Origin: Ranitomeya imitator
Taxonomy: Eukaryota
Direction: 5' to 3'
NCBI RefSeq assembly: GCF_032444005.1
Contig: NC_091283.1
Coordinates: 420,422,001-420,486,000, forward strand
Length of the DNA stretch: 64,000 nt
Shown: one piece after another, positions 32,172 through 44,587 of the stretch
How positions within the stretch are numbered: position 1 is the first letter of the stretch
Layout: each line of letters starts with the position of its first letter
Translations under genes and position numbers: made by a program
Notes under the pieces: generated by a model
What the model saw: only the letters and a program-made list of their open reading frames with translations
Databases searched by the model: none
What the model was told of the DNA's origin: nothing

Positions 32172-32275
32172 TTGAGATGCTGTTGTTTTTTGTCTTTTTT
32201 GTAAAGGGGCAATTTGTAGACCTGCACTAATAGTTGCACTCTTTAGCACAAAAGGGATGGAGGGTGTGTTCAAAT

Positions 32276-32514
32276 GGGCGGAGTTATGCAGATTAGGCGG
32301 AGTTATGCAGATTTCAAAAACGCGTTGGGCCCAACTTGAACACACCCCCACACCCCCCCCACACACCCCCACACACACCAGAACTGCCATTTGAGAAGGC
32401 ATCCAGAGTTTAGAAAAAAATGTCTATCCCTGGGCAATCATCTTTTGGCCTCTCTCCACAGTGGGTCTTGGTTGCAGGCCATGGGGCGTCCGGAGTGGCA
32501 AACCATTTCAGGCT
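32276..32514 (+). promoter_or_regulatory. U2 promoter (DSE + PSE)
   Basis: Copy of 18601-18829. Confidence 0.85.
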
Positions 32515-32548
32515 ATCGCTTCTCGGCCTTTTGGCTCAGATCAAGTGT
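32515..32548 (+). ncRNA. RNU2: U2 snRNA 5' fragment (nt 1-34, A23C)
   Basis: Same junction as E5. Confidence 0.93.
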
Positions 32549-32675
32549 CTGACCAGGAGGTTCTTTGAGTGCTGTCCCTCGGCCTTCTGGCATCGCCACT
32601 TCGGTGGCTTAAGCCAGATGCTGCTATAGGGGGATAGTGAGGAAGGAACGAGAAGGCGATCCTTGAGGCGTGACT

Positions 32676-33989
32676 ATGGGAGTCAAGCTGCAATTCGCTG
32701 GGACCGGGGATCCCCGGGTCAAGAATGGATTCCGGATTGAGGTCGCTGAAGAGAAGAAGGGACACTTCTCCCTGTCCTACTTGGTGAATGCCATCTTCTA
32801 TGATGCCTTGAAGATAAAGAAGTCGGATATCGTTTGCCTGCAAGAGTTTCGGAGAGATGGAAGGTATGTGCTGGTTCTTTCTACTATGGCTGCTTGCCAA
32901 AACCTGTTCAGAACTTTGACTGGCTTGAAAGAGAGCACCCTTCTGGATGGACTTATCTTCACTGTACTTTATTCTAAGGGGGATGTCCCAGTGGTTGTGT
33001 TCATGCACAATCCTTTTTGCTCCCAGGATAGTATCACTGCTTTCCTGAGGAGGCATTGTGTTTTTGTGCAGTTCTCCCACAGGATAAATAATGAGGAGGG
33101 CCTGTGGACGGGAAAATACAAATACTTTGTTAGGTTTGCGGTGGACCCCCAGGGACCAGGGGGTATTCACTATCCGCCTATGAGTTTTACAATCGGAAGA
33201 GATACTGGCTTCTTGTATTTCCCTGATGCTCCTTTCTTTTGTAGAAGGTGTAGCACTTATGGCCATATCCAAGAGTCCTGCAGTAGTCAGCCAACCTGCA
33301 GGAGGTGTAATGAGACCGGTCACATAGCGAGAGATTGTAAAAACCAGGTGAAGTGTGATGCGTGTGGTGAGGATGGACATGTCCTTCGGGAGTGTCGGGC
33401 CAGAACCACACCTAGGTCCTTTGCACAAGTGACCGCGGTCAGGCCTGCTACTCCAGCTGTGGTTGCTGAAGCTCCAGTGAGTTCCCTAGCAGATATCGGG
33501 GAGGCAGTCGCTTCCAGAGAGGAAGAGGAGTCACCTCTCCCTTTCCAGTTTGGTGCCCGTGCAACTACAGATAGTGTTGTTCTGGTGCCTGCTAAAAAAA
33601 CTAAAAAAAAGTATGGGAATCTGGGTTTGGAGAAAGCTTTGGTAAAAGCATTAAAGAATGTGCAAAGAGGCTTTTCAAGTGCTGAAGGAGGGGAGCGCCC
33701 GGACACCCTGCAGTTGCAGGACGCTGAAGAGGGCGCGGAATGTATGGAGACTTCTGTACATCTTTCAGATCCGGAGTATATTGAAGAGTTTTGTTCTGAT
33801 GATGGTGGTGAGAGTGGAAAGCATCACGGAGGAGGTAGTGGGGAAAGTGACGGAGAAAAGGAGGATGTGGCACCTCAGAGAAAAGCAGGTGTCAAGAAAT
33901 CAAGGTGGAGTGAGAGTGGAGAGGCCAGCGGGTCGGAAACCAGCCACTCGTTGCAGATGGTAGAGGATGATGGTGGAGGAACTGGCTAA
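32676..33989 (+). CDS. E6 ORF1 zinc-knuckle protein (intact)
   Basis: CRRCSTYGH, CRRCNETGH, CDACGEDGH. Confidence 0.9.
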   Translation: MGVKLQFAGTGDPRVKNGFRIEVAEEKKGHFSLSYLVNAIFYDALKIKKSDIVCLQEFRRDGRYVLVLSTMAACQNLFRTLTGLKESTLLDGLIFTVLYSKGDVPVVVFMHNPFCSQDSITAFLRRHCVFVQFSHRINNEEGLWTGKYKYFVRFAVDPQGPGGIHYPPMSFTIGRDTGFLYFPDAPFFCRRCSTYGHIQESCSSQPTCRRCNETGHIARDCKNQVKCDACGEDGHVLRECRARTTPRSFAQVTAVRPATPAVVAEAPVSSLADIGEAVASREEEESPLPFQFGARATTDSVVLVPAKKTKKKYGNLGLEKALVKALKNVQRGFSSAEGGERPDTLQLQDAEEGAECMETSVHLSDPEYIEEFCSDDGGESGKHHGGGSGESDGEKEDVAPQRKAGVKKSRWSESGEASGSETSHSLQMVEDDGGGTG

Positions 33990-34128
33990 AGTGGTCTGGA
34001 AATATGCATAAGTGTTTTTTTTCTTTTTTCTGTTTTTTGTTTTTTTTCTTTTTTTTGAGCTTTGACTTAAGTCAAAGGCTTTCTATTTTTGCTTGTATAG
34101 CATATGTTTTGTTTTTCCAGCCTTAAGC

Positions 34129-37100
34129 ATGGTATTCACTATTGTCTCACAAAATGTGAGGGTGTTTAAAAATAGGTGTAGAAGGGCTGCAATTTTTGAT
34201 TTTTTAGCTCTGAAAAATGCATCGATTTTTTGTTTGCAAGAGTGTGGGGTGGTGGATGGTGTGAAAGGGGATGAGTGGCCTTATGAGGCATCAGTATGGT
34301 CTGGGAGTGCATGTAATAAGAATGATGGTGTGGGAATTTTGGTAAAGGGGCGGGAAGTTGTTTTGAATGATTATGTGGTTATTGAGGTGGGTAGGTGCAT
34401 ATTAGCAAATTTTGTGTATAGAAATGTGAAATTTTGCATTATTAATGTTTATGCGCCGGTGGATAAGAATGAGCGGAAAGATTTGTTTGAAAAAATTAAA
34501 TTTTTTGTGCCGGGGGGAATGCCTGTGGTGATTGTGGGTGATATGAATTGTGATGTGGGGAAAGTGAATGTGGATGTGTCTGGTAAGGTTTTATTAGATT
34601 TGGTTAGTGATTTTGGGTTGAGAGACATGCAGCGTTTGTGTAAAGTGAGTCCGTTGTTGAATACTTTTTTTTCTGAGAGTGGAAAAATACAATCTAGGTT
34701 GGATTATTGTTTTATTTAAAAAAATATGGTTTCCATTAGTTATAAGCAGGAGAATGTTTTGTTTTCAGATCATGTGTGTGTGTCGTGTGAGGTGGATATA
34801 AATGTAAATGGTGTGTTTGGTAGGGGTTTATGGAAATTAAATTGTAAGTTGCTGGAGAATGTGGAGGTGAGGAAGGTGTATGCAAGATGTTATAAAGAGT
34901 GGTGTGAGGGTAAGAGTGGTTTTGGGAATGTGTGTGAGTGGTGGGATTGGGTTAAAAAACGGACAAAAAATTTCTTTAAAGATGTAGGATATAAGGTTGC
35001 TGCAATTAAGAGAGAAAAATTTGTGAGCTTAAATGCGCATCTAAATTTATTGTATATTTTGAGGGAAGGAGGAGTGGTGGTGGAGGAGGAGATTTTGGTG
35101 GTAAAGAAGGAAATTCATGAATTTTTGATGGAGAGGGGAAGGAGTATTGTGTTTAGGTCTAAGGTTGATAGGTTGGAGCATGATGAGAAATGCTCACGGT
35201 TTTTTTTCAAGAAGGTCTTTGGGGAGAAACAAAGTATGAATGTGCTGTGTGGGGCTGATGGGAGAGAAGTATGTGGGGAGGATATGTGTGAGGAGGTAGC
35301 AAAGTTTTATGAGGATTTGTATGCGGTGAAGTGGAGGGATGGAAATTTGGAAGATGAAGTGTTGTGTGTGTTAGAGAATAAGTTGAGTGAGGTAGATAAA
35401 GGGAGTGTGATGAGTGAAGTGACAGATGATGAGGTTTGGAAGGTAATGAATAGTATGGCGTTAAATAAAACGCCGGGGGAAGATGGTCTGCCTGTAGAGT
35501 TTTATCGAGTGATGTGGGAGGTGATTGGTAAGGATTTTGTGGAGGTTTGTAAATATATGTGGGCAAATATGGAAGTGGCTGAGAGTATGCGTGCGGGTAT
35601 GGTGGTGTTAATACCAAAGAAAGGTGATTTGAGAAATATTAAGAATTGGAGACCGATAACATTATTAAATTGCGATTATAAAATCTATGCAAAGGTAATG
35701 GCAAATAGAATGCGTGATGTGATAGGGAGTGTGATTGGGGATGAACAATGTTGTGCGGTGCCTGGAAGGCGTATACATGAGTGTGTGTGTATGTTGCGGG
35801 ATTGTTTGTGGGATTGCAAGAGTCGCAAGAGAGGTGTGTTTTTGTTAAGTCTGGATTTTGAAAAAGCGTATGATAGGTTGTCGCATAGTTTTTTGTTTAG
35901 AGTGTTGTTAAAAATGGGTTTTCCGGCTGAGTTTGTTGGGAGAGTGAGAAGTCTATATAAGAATATTTATAGTTGTATTTTGATGAATGGTTATGTTGGG
36001 AGGAGAGTGAATGTTTTTTCGGGTGTGCGTCAGGGGTGTCCTATGTCTCCTGTGGCTTTTATTTGTGCTATTGAACCATTGCTTTGTATGTTAAGAAAGG
36101 ATAAGGTGATTCGGGGCGTACAAGTGCCGGGTGGAGGGGGTAGGGAATGGAAGGTTAGTGGTTATATGGATGACGTGTGTGTATTATGTGATTCAGAATG
36201 TTCAGTGGGACGGGTAAAGTTATTAGTGTCTATTTTTTGTGGTGCGTCTGCTTTTAAAGTTAATTGGGAGAAAAGTGAATGTAAGAGTTTTGGGGGAGGA
36301 TCTTTGAGTAAGTATGTTGGTGTGAATGAAGTAAAGGGGCCTATTAAGGTGTTAGGTGTTAAGTTTTCTGAGAGACTGGATGGGAAGGAAAGATGGGATG
36401 ATGCGAAAGAGAAAGTTGAGAGGAAGTTGTGTTTTTGGAGGTTGAGAAGCCTTACTTTTTTTGGGAAAATTTTGATTATAAAGAGTATAGTGTTGCCTAT
36501 TTTTTTGTATATTGCGCTGGTTTTTCCGCCAGGGTATATGTGTTTGAGAGGGTTAAATAGGGTACTGTTTGTTTTTTTATGGAATTCTAGAATGGAGAGG
36601 GCAAAGAGAGAAACTTTGGTAAAGCGTTTGGAAAAGGGTGGTTTGAATTTTCCTAACCTTGAAGTTTTTTTTGGTGTAAATAGTGTGTTGTATGTTTTGA
36701 GGATGATTAGGGCAGATGGAAAAAATTCATGTATGTGTAGGTATTTGTTTGGGGCTTATTTGTTTCGTTTAAGGTGGTGGGAGAGAGATTTGCGGTGTCC
36801 GGTGGCGTTTGAAGTGCCTGTATGGTATGTGTGGGTTTATAAATTTTTGATGAAGTATGAGTTGTGTGATGTGGATATTCGGTTGTTGAGTAATAAGAAG
36901 GCTGTGTATAGGATGATTGAGTGTAGAGAGACAGAGTGTGATATCAATATGGTTAGAGGGTTGGATGTACAGAAAGTGTGGAAGAAGGTACGAATGGATG
37001 GTATGACAAATAGACAGAGTGAGATTGTGTGGCAGTCATTGCATGGAGTATTACCTGTGAGAGAATTTCAAAGGAACCGTGGTTTGGTGAGAAGGGAGAT

Positions 37101-37500
37101 ATGTCCGAGAGAGGGTTGTGGTGGAAGTGAGAGTGTGATACATGTTTTTTGGAATTGTAAGTATGCTAGGAATGTGATTGCAAGAATGGGGCCTTTATGT
37201 AAAGAATTGGGTGGTGTGAGTTTGTTATCTTTTGAGGTGTTTATGTTTGGTTTGGGAATGTGTGATGGTGAGAAAGGAAGAGTGTTGTGGTTGATGCTTG
37301 CATGTATAAAGGAAGTGTTGTGGGATGTAAGGAATGTGTATGTTTTCAAGAGGAAAGCTATTTTAGTTAAGGATTGTGTAAGGGTGATTTTGGGGAAATT
37401 GTATGTTTGTTATTTGTGGGAGGTGAAGAGGAGAGGGGAGTTTGATGCAGAGGGCATTTGGAAGGTAAAGAAATGGAGATATTTTGTGAATACTTCTTGA
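34129..37500 (+). pseudogene. E6 ORF2 with in-frame TAA at 34717-34719
   Basis: ORFs 34093..34719 and 34726..37500 are in the same frame. Confidence 0.9.
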
Positions 37501-37543
37501 TTGTTTTTCTTGTTATGTTAATATGTATTTTGAAAAAAGAGAG

Positions 37544-37659
37544 TTATTTCCGATGATGATGGGAACGGCTTTTTGTGTTTTAATTTTGGCACAGCCGTTT
37601 GGGTATGTTTCTTTGGTTATAGTTTTCTAGACCGTGAAATTCCCCATCTGAGGGAATAA
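37544..37659 (+). other. Putative box C/D kink-turn hairpin in E6 3' UTR
   Basis: Box C 37553-37559, box D 37648-37651, 8-bp outer stem. Confidence 0.65.
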
Positions 37660-37681
37660 AAATAAAAAAAAAAAAAAAAAA

Positions 37682-37832
37682 ATCTGTTCTTATCAGTTTA
37701 ATATCTGATACGTCCCCTATTTGGGGACCATATATTAAATGGATTTTTAGAACAGGGAGCTGGAAATGGAGCTTGCTCTGTCCACTCCACGCATTGACCC
37801 GATATTGCAGTATCTTCGGGAACAGTGCACCC
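37682..37832 (+). ncRNA. RNU2: U2 snRNA 3' fragment (nt 38-188)
   Basis: Variant B sequence. Confidence 0.97.
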
Positions 37833-38859
37833 CTTCTCTGATCCGGTTTCTAAAAACAGATTGAATTGAATTGAAATCAGCACAGCAAGTTGTCATTTAA
37901 CCCTTTCGGAGAATTCTTTTCAGGGTCAAAGAAGCACGTTTCAGATGGCAAATGTAGCAATTTGCTCAATTTCACTGGACCGTTTGCAACATTTCCTGTG
38001 CCTTGCTTTCACCTGTGCATGTTCAGCATTGGATTGCATCCAATATGCAATCAATCAAGCAATCAAGCAATCTTTGCTGGTTGCAACAGGTGTGTTTAGA
38101 TGTAGGCCCGAATGAGGCCTTTGTAGCAGTGTTGCTAATATATTGTGCCATCTACAAAATTAGGCCCCTGCTGTCTGTCTGTCTGTCTGTCTGTCTGTCA
38201 GTATGAAGTGTTTAAATTGAAGTATCCTACGAGTAGTTCGGCCATACATACTACATTTGTGACCGCATGCACAAATTCCTTTGTAAAACATTGGCTCCCT
38301 CTTGTGGACCACAGACTTTTAATTATGTGGTGTATGATATGTATTTAAATAAAGAAGGAAAAATGGGGTGGGTCTGTGATGATCTTGCTTGAATGTGCTA
38401 GTCTTGTCCATCTTGTCTTGCACTGTATGAGTAGTATTCTAATGCTTTTGACCAATTAGGTGCGCTGCTGCTGCCTGCAGTAGATAGAATCTGTGCACGG
38501 AACCTTCACCTGCTGTCACAATGGGGCCTTCAGCCATTGACTCCGGAACTCTCACGTGTCACAATGGGCTCTGGACCTATCTAAGGCAGAGAAAAATGGC
38601 GCCGTCTTCAGTCTGCTGCTGGAGCAGCAGCAGACCACATGGTAGGGGGATTGTCTGTCTGTGCCCAGCTTCAGGGCAGCTGGCAAGACAACTGCTAGCC
38701 CGTCTGGTGTTTGAATTACACACTCGCTCTGCCCGTTTCTTGAATAGCCCTCTTTACCTTGACAAGTCAGCTGGTATGTCACTCTCCATCCATCAGGAGG
38801 AACGTTACCCCTTAGACCCCAGTCCAGTGCCTCTCACTTAGCCAAATCAGTTCTCTTGC

Positions 38860-38899
38860 TTCGCACTGACGAGGGCCAAGAGCCCTAAACATCTCCGAA
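38860..38899 (+). ncRNA. Degenerate hammerhead copy (stem III disrupted, G12U)
   Basis: ...GCCCTAAACATCTCCGAA. Confidence 0.55.
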
Positions 38900-39003
38900 T
38901 TGAGATGCTGTTGTTTTTTGTTTTTTTTGTAAAGGGGCAATTTGTAGACCTGCACTAATAGTTGCACTCTTTAGCGCAAAAGGGATGGAGGGTGTGTTCA
39001 AAT

Positions 39004-39242
39004 GGGCGGAGTTATGCAGATTAGGCGGAGTTATGCAGATTTCAAAAACGCGTTGGGCCCAACTTGAACACACCCCCACACACCCCCCACACACCCCCAC
39101 ACACACCAGAACTGCCATTTGAGAAGGCATCCAGAGTTTAGAAAAAAATGTCTTCCCCTGGGCAATCATCTTTTGGCCTCTCTCCACAGTGGGTCTTGGT
39201 TGCAGGCCATGGGGCGTCCGGAGTGGCAAACCATTTCAGGCT
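39004..39242 (+). promoter_or_regulatory. U2 promoter (DSE + PSE)
   Basis: Copy of 18601-18829. Confidence 0.85.
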
Positions 39243-39264
39243 ATCGCTTCTCGGCCTTTTGGCT
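39243..39264 (+). ncRNA. RNU2: U2 snRNA 5' fragment (nt 1-22)
   Basis: Exact match, then GCGATCTTGTGT. Confidence 0.95.
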
Positions 39265-39366
39265 GCGATCTTGTGTCGCGGTCAGGGGGTGCGAGTGATT
39301 CCTGGCAGCGTGCTGCTGATTTGCTACTGCGGTCTTTGTACCGGCAGAGAAGATTGAAGAGAGAAG

Positions 39367-40692
39367 ATGTTCATCAAGAATACCATTCGTGTGGTCGTGG
39401 AAGGAAGTGCCAGAAATAATGTGGTTTTCGTGGTTCGTGACCTGCTGGAGGAAAAGGCTGGAGCTCACCGGACTGACATTTTCAGCGTTAACGAGTTCCG
39501 GAATCAAGGTATATATGATGTTACCTTTGTGAGTGAGCCGTGTTGCTTAACTATCTTTGAGTGGCTCAGAAGTCATGATGGTGATCCATGCCTGGAAGGA
39601 GTGCGGGTGGAGCCTTTGTTTGGGCTAATGGAGAAAGTGGTGACTGTTACGGTGTATAACCCTTACACTGAAGTAAGTTTGCTGGAGCAGTTCCTGGCTC
39701 GTTATTGCGAGTATGTGAAGGGTGGAGAGAAGCAAAAAAATTGCTTGGGGATCTTTAACTGTAAATACGTGTTTCGTGTGAAACTGAGGAGGGACCCAAG
39801 TTGTTTGGGAGGCTTCGCCCATCCCCCGGCGAACTTTTCAGTAGCAGGGCAAAGGGGCTTCCTGACATATGCAGGGCAGCCTCTATACTGTAGGAAGTGT
39901 TTTCAGTTTGGGCACTTACAGAGTACCTGTGAGAAAAGTATGGTTTGCCGCAATTGTAAACAGGAGGGCCATATGGCGGCTCAGTGTCCAATGCCACGTG
40001 AGTGTGACCAGTGTGGAGACATAGGGCACCTGTATAGGGACTGTCCATATGCTGGGCCGAGGAGGCCAACCAGAGAGGAGGAGAGGCGGGAGGAGGAAGG
40101 AAAAAAGCGTGAGGAGCGGAGGCAGGAGGAGGAGAAAAAGAGAGAGGAGGAGGTGAAGAAACGGGAAGAGGAGAGGAGGCAGGAGGAAAGCAAGTCTTCT
40201 GCGCAGGAGAGCGCTGAGATAATTCCGCCCTCTATGGTTGAGAGACGGCGGGATAGAAGGCAGGAGGACAAGGAGGCTGAAAGGAGGAAGGAGGAGCTGG
40301 AGGACAAATTATTTTGGAGAGCCGCAAAGCAGGAAGAGCGTGCTATGACTTATAAAAGTAAGAAAAAAAAGAAGGTTCCAGTTACTAATACAGAGGAGTT
40401 GGGTGCGCTGATGGATTTTGATACTTCTGGGGCGGAGGAGATGGTTGATCCTGTGATTCCGGAATCTGACCCAATAAATATAGGTGCTTTTTCCTCACAA
40501 GAGGAGCCTGGAGGTCGAAAGTGTCCCAGGGAGGGTGGTGGGGAAAATTTTGACTTTGAGGTTCCAGAAGCAGGAGTGCCCCAGAGAAAGGTTGGGCGGA
40601 AGAAGTCACGTGTGGAGGAGTGTATGGAGGTCAGCGGCTCTGAAAGCTGCTCGGCGCAGATGGTGGAGGAGGACAGTGGCGACACTGCTTAG
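39367..40692 (+). CDS. E7 ORF1 zinc-knuckle protein with E/K/R-rich tract
   Basis: CRKCFQFGH, CRNCKQEGH, CDQCGDIGH. Confidence 0.9.
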   Translation: MFIKNTIRVVVEGSARNNVVFVVRDLLEEKAGAHRTDIFSVNEFRNQGIYDVTFVSEPCCLTIFEWLRSHDGDPCLEGVRVEPLFGLMEKVVTVTVYNPYTEVSLLEQFLARYCEYVKGGEKQKNCLGIFNCKYVFRVKLRRDPSCLGGFAHPPANFSVAGQRGFLTYAGQPLYCRKCFQFGHLQSTCEKSMVCRNCKQEGHMAAQCPMPRECDQCGDIGHLYRDCPYAGPRRPTREEERREEEGKKREERRQEEEKKREEEVKKREEERRQEESKSSAQESAEIIPPSMVERRRDRRQEDKEAERRKEELEDKLFWRAAKQEERAMTYKSKKKKKVPVTNTEELGALMDFDTSGAEEMVDPVIPESDPINIGAFSSQEEPGGRKCPREGGGENFDFEVPEAGVPQRKVGRKKSRVEECMEVSGSESCSAQMVEEDSGDTA

Positions 40693-40868
40693 CTATGTGC
40701 TTTTTTTTTCAGTAGCTAAGCGTTTTTGTACATAGCTTTTGCCGTTAAATTGTGTTTTGTATATTGCAGTTGCTTTAAAATGTTTTTTTTTTTTTTTTTT
40801 CTCATATAAGTTGTTTAATGTCCTTTTTGTAGGTTGTTTGCTTTAGTGTTTTTGTTTCTGTGTATATT

Positions 40869-43800
40869 ATGGGGTTTATAATTATATCACAAAATGTGAG
40901 GGTCTTTAAAAATAGGTTGCGGCGGGCGGCTATTTTGGATTTTTTTGCAACACAAAATGCAGGAATTTTTTGTTTGCAGGAGTGTGGGATTGTGGATGAT
41001 GTGAAGGGGAGTGAATGGCCTCATGGTGCGTCTGTGTGGTCAGGGAGTGCTTGTAATAAAAATGATGGTGTGGGTTTTTTAGTGAAGGGAAATGATGTGA
41101 GTTTGTGTGACTATATGGTGATTGAGGTTGGAAGGTGTGTGTTGGCTAATTTTGAGTTTAGAAATGTTCGTTTTTGTGTTATCAATGTATATGCGCCTGT
41201 GGAAAAACAGGAGCGTAAGGGTTTGTTTGAAAAAATTAAATTTTTTGTTCCTGGGAGAGTGCCTGTAGTGATAGTGGGTGATATGAACTGTGATGTGGGA
41301 AGTGTGAATGTGGATGTGGCAGGGAAAGTGTTAATGGATATGGTGAGTGATTTTGGTTTAAGGGATATGCAGTGTGCATGCAAGATAGCACCGTTGTTAA
41401 ATACGTTTTTTTCTGATAGTGGGAGGGTGGCGTCTAGGTTAGATTATTGTTTTGTGTCTAAAAATCTGATTCCTGTTAGTTATGCACAGGAGAGTGTGGT
41501 TTTTTCGGATCATGTGTGTATGAAGTGTGAATTGGATTTGCATGTTAATGAGGTGGCTGGGAAAGGTGTGTGGAAGCTGAATGTGAGTTTGCTGGAAGGA
41601 GGGGGTGTGAGAGAGGAGTATAAAAGAATTTATGCAGATTGGTGTGGATGCAGGAGTGATTTCAGAAGCGTGTGTGAATGGTGGGATTGGGTTAAATGGA
41701 AAACCAAGAGTTTTTTTTTAAAAACTCGGGTACAAGTGTGCGGCTGCAAAGAGGAAAAGGTTTGTTTTTTTAAATGCAAGATTGAGCGTGTTGTATAAGT
41801 TGAGGGCCGGAGGGATGGATGTGAGTGAAGATTTAGTGAAAGTGAAAAAAGAAGTGGATGATTTTTTGTTAGAAAGAGGGAGGAGTATTGTGTATAGGGC
41901 CAAGATAGAGAATTTGGAGAAGAATGAGAAGTGTTCGCGTTTTTTCTTTAAAAAAGTTTTTGGGAAAAGACAGAGTATGAGTGTTTTGAATGGGATGGAT
42001 GGAAATGAAGTGAGTGGTGTGGACTTGTGTGAGGAAGTGGCAAAGTTTTATGATGACTTGTATGCTGTGAAATGGAGGGATGAAGGTTTGGAGAGTGAGG
42101 TGCTGAGTGGTTTGGAAAATAGTTTGAATAAGATAGAAAGGGAAAGTTTGATGGGTGATGTGACAGATGAAGAAGTATGGAAGGTGGTGTGTAGTATGGC
42201 GTTGAATAAAACACCCGGGGGAGGATGGTTTACCGGTGGAATTTTATCGTGTGATGTGGGATGTGATTGGGAAGGATTTTGTGGATGTATGTAAGTATAT
42301 GTGGGCGAATGCAGAGGTGGCAAATGGTATGCGTGCAGGGGTGGTTGTGTTATTGCCAAAAAAGGGTGATTTGAAAAATCTTAAAAACTGGAGGCCGATC
42401 ACATTGTTGAATTGTGATTATAAGATTTATGCGAAGCTTTTGGCCAACAGGATGCGTGGTGTGGTTGGGAGTGTGGTGGGTGAGGAGCAATGTTGTGCGG
42501 TGCCTGGAAGACGAATACATGGAAGTTTGTGTATGTTGAGAGATTGTTTATGGGACTGCATGAGTCGTAAGAAGGGGGTGTATGTGTTGAGTTTGGATTT
42601 TGAGAAGGCGTATGATAGGTTAGCGCATGGTTTTTTGTTTAGTGTGTTGGTGAGGATGGGATTTCCTTCTGAGTTTGTTGAGAGAGTGAGAAGTTTGTAT
42701 AAGAATATTTATAGTTGTGTGTTGTTGAATGGAAATGGGGGGAGGAGAGTAAATGTGTTTTCGGGTGTTCGGCAGGGGTGCCCTTTGTCCCCTATCGTAT
42801 TTATTTGTGCAATTGAGCCATTGTTATGTCTGTTGAGAAAAGATAAGGTGATTCAGGGTGTGCAAGTACCGGGGGGTGGGGGGAGAGAGTGGAAGATGAG
42901 TGGTTATATGGATGATGTGTGTGTGTTGTGTGATTCAGAGTGTTCGGTACGGCGTGTGAAGTTGTTGGTTTCTATTTTTTGTGGAGCTTCTGCTTTTAAA
43001 GTGAATTGGGAGAAGAGTGAGTGTAAGAATTTTGGGGGGAGGAGTCTGAGCGATGATGTTGGAGTGAATGTGGTGAGTGGACCGATAAAGGTTTTGGGCA
43101 TGAAATTTTCGGAGAAACTGGATGGAGAGGAAAGCTGGGTGGATGTGAGAGAGAGAGTGGAGCGTAAGTTAAATTTTTGGAATTTGAGGGATCTTACGTT
43201 TTTTGGTAAAATTTTAGTTATTAAGAGTGTTGTGTTACCTATTTTTTTGTATGTTGCGATGGTTTTTCCACCAAGCTACATGTGTGTTAGAAGATTAAAT
43301 AGGGTTTTGTTTGTCTTTTTTTGGGGTTCATGTATGGAGCGTGCTAGGAGAGAAATTGTTATGAAGAGTTTGGATAAGGGGGGACTGGGTTTCCCAAATT
43401 TGAATGTATTTTTTGGCGTGAATATTATGGTGTTTGTATTAGGTGTGATTAGGATGGATGGGAAGTATGCATGTATGTGCAGGTTTTTGTTTGGAAATTT
43501 CTTGTTTCATTTGAAATGGCGTGAAAGAGATCTTAGGAGCCCAGTGGCTTTTGAGGTTCCTGTGTGGTATGTGTGGGTTTACAAATTTTTAGTGAAGTAT
43601 GAACTTTGTGATGTGGATGTGAGATTGTTAGAAAAGAAGAAAGCTGTATATAAGATGATTGAGTGTAGAGAGATGGAATGTGACATTGGACGAGTTTACA
43701 GGCTGTCCTTACCAGATCTTAAAGTGGTAAGAGGGGATGATGTGCAGAAAGTATGGAAGAAGGTACGTATGAATGGTATGACAAACAGGCAGAGTGAGAT

Positions 43801-44272
43801 TGTATGGCAGTCATTGCATGGGGTGTTACCGGTGAGGGAGTTTCAGAAAAATCGGGGTTTAGTGAGGAGTGAGAAGTGTCCGAGGAGTGGATGTGGTGGA
43901 AGTGAGAGCGTGGTGCATTTGTTTTGGAATTGTCAGTACGCTAGAAGTGTGATTGCAGGGTTGGGTCGTTTGTGTAAGGAGCTGTGTGAGGTGAATCTGT
44001 TGTCTTTTGAGCTTTTTATGTTTGGATTGGGTATGTGTGGGGAAAAGGAGAGAGTATTGTGGTTAATGATGGCATGTATAAAAGAGGTTTTGTGGGATGT
44101 GAGGAATATATATGTGTTTAAAAGGAAGGATATTGAAGTTAAAAATTGTATAAGGATTATTTTGGGAAAATTGTATTTTTGTTTTGTGTGTGATCAGAGG
44201 AGGAGAGGGGAGGTGGATGCAGAGGGAATTTGGAAAACCAAAAAATGGAAACATTTTGTTAATGTATCTTGA
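40869..44272 (+). pseudogene. E7 ORF2 with two homopolymer frameshifts (~41711-41724 and 42217-42221)
   Basis: Three overlapping track ORFs give a continuous APE-RT-CCHC protein. Confidence 0.88.
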
Positions 44273-44310
44273 GTTTTTTTTTGTGTTGTTAATAAATATA
44301 TTTTGTTGTG

Positions 44311-44424
44311 TTTTCCAGTGATGATGGGAATGGCGGTTACATTGTGTATGTGGCTTGCTGTTTTGGGAGATGAGTTCCATAAAGTTGTAGAGTCTTGACT
44401 GTGGAACTTCCCATCTGAGGGAAA
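44311..44424 (+). other. Putative box C/D kink-turn hairpin in E7 3' UTR
   Basis: TTTTCC-A-GTGATGA (44318-44324)-TGGGAA ... TTCCCA-T-CTGA (44415-44418)-GGGAAA. Confidence 0.7.
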
Positions 44425-44436
44425 AAAAAAAAAAAA

Positions 44437-44587
44437 ATCTGTTCTTATCAGTTTAATATCTGATACGTCCCCTATTTGGGGACCATATATTAAATGGATT
44501 TTTAGAACAGGGAGCTGGAAATGGAGCTTGCTCTGTCCACTCCACGCATTGACCCGATATTGCAGTATCTTCGGGAACAGTGCACCC
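44437..44587 (+). ncRNA. RNU2: U2 snRNA 3' fragment (nt 38-188)
   Basis: Variant B sequence. Confidence 0.97.

Larger units (their letters stand above)
32537..37681 (+). mobile_element. E6: full-length G+T-rich Tx1/Keno-like element (twin of E5)
   Basis: Near-identical to E5. Confidence 0.95.
39265..44436 (+). mobile_element. E7: full-length G+T-rich Tx1/Keno-like element, related to E5/E6
   Basis: ORF2 and ORF1 C-terminus resemble E5/E6; A-tail at U2 nt 38. Confidence 0.95.

Noticed and set aside
39265-39366. The conserved GGCCU/UGCUGCUAUW motif in E7
   Set aside because: TGCTGCT is present, but no matching GGCCT and Pa stem could be drawn; E7 is not counted
44325-44414. Embedded 2'-O-methylation guide snoRNA
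   Set aside because: Bases upstream of box D pair with those after box C, and I recognised no antisense target; only the K-turn fold is proposed
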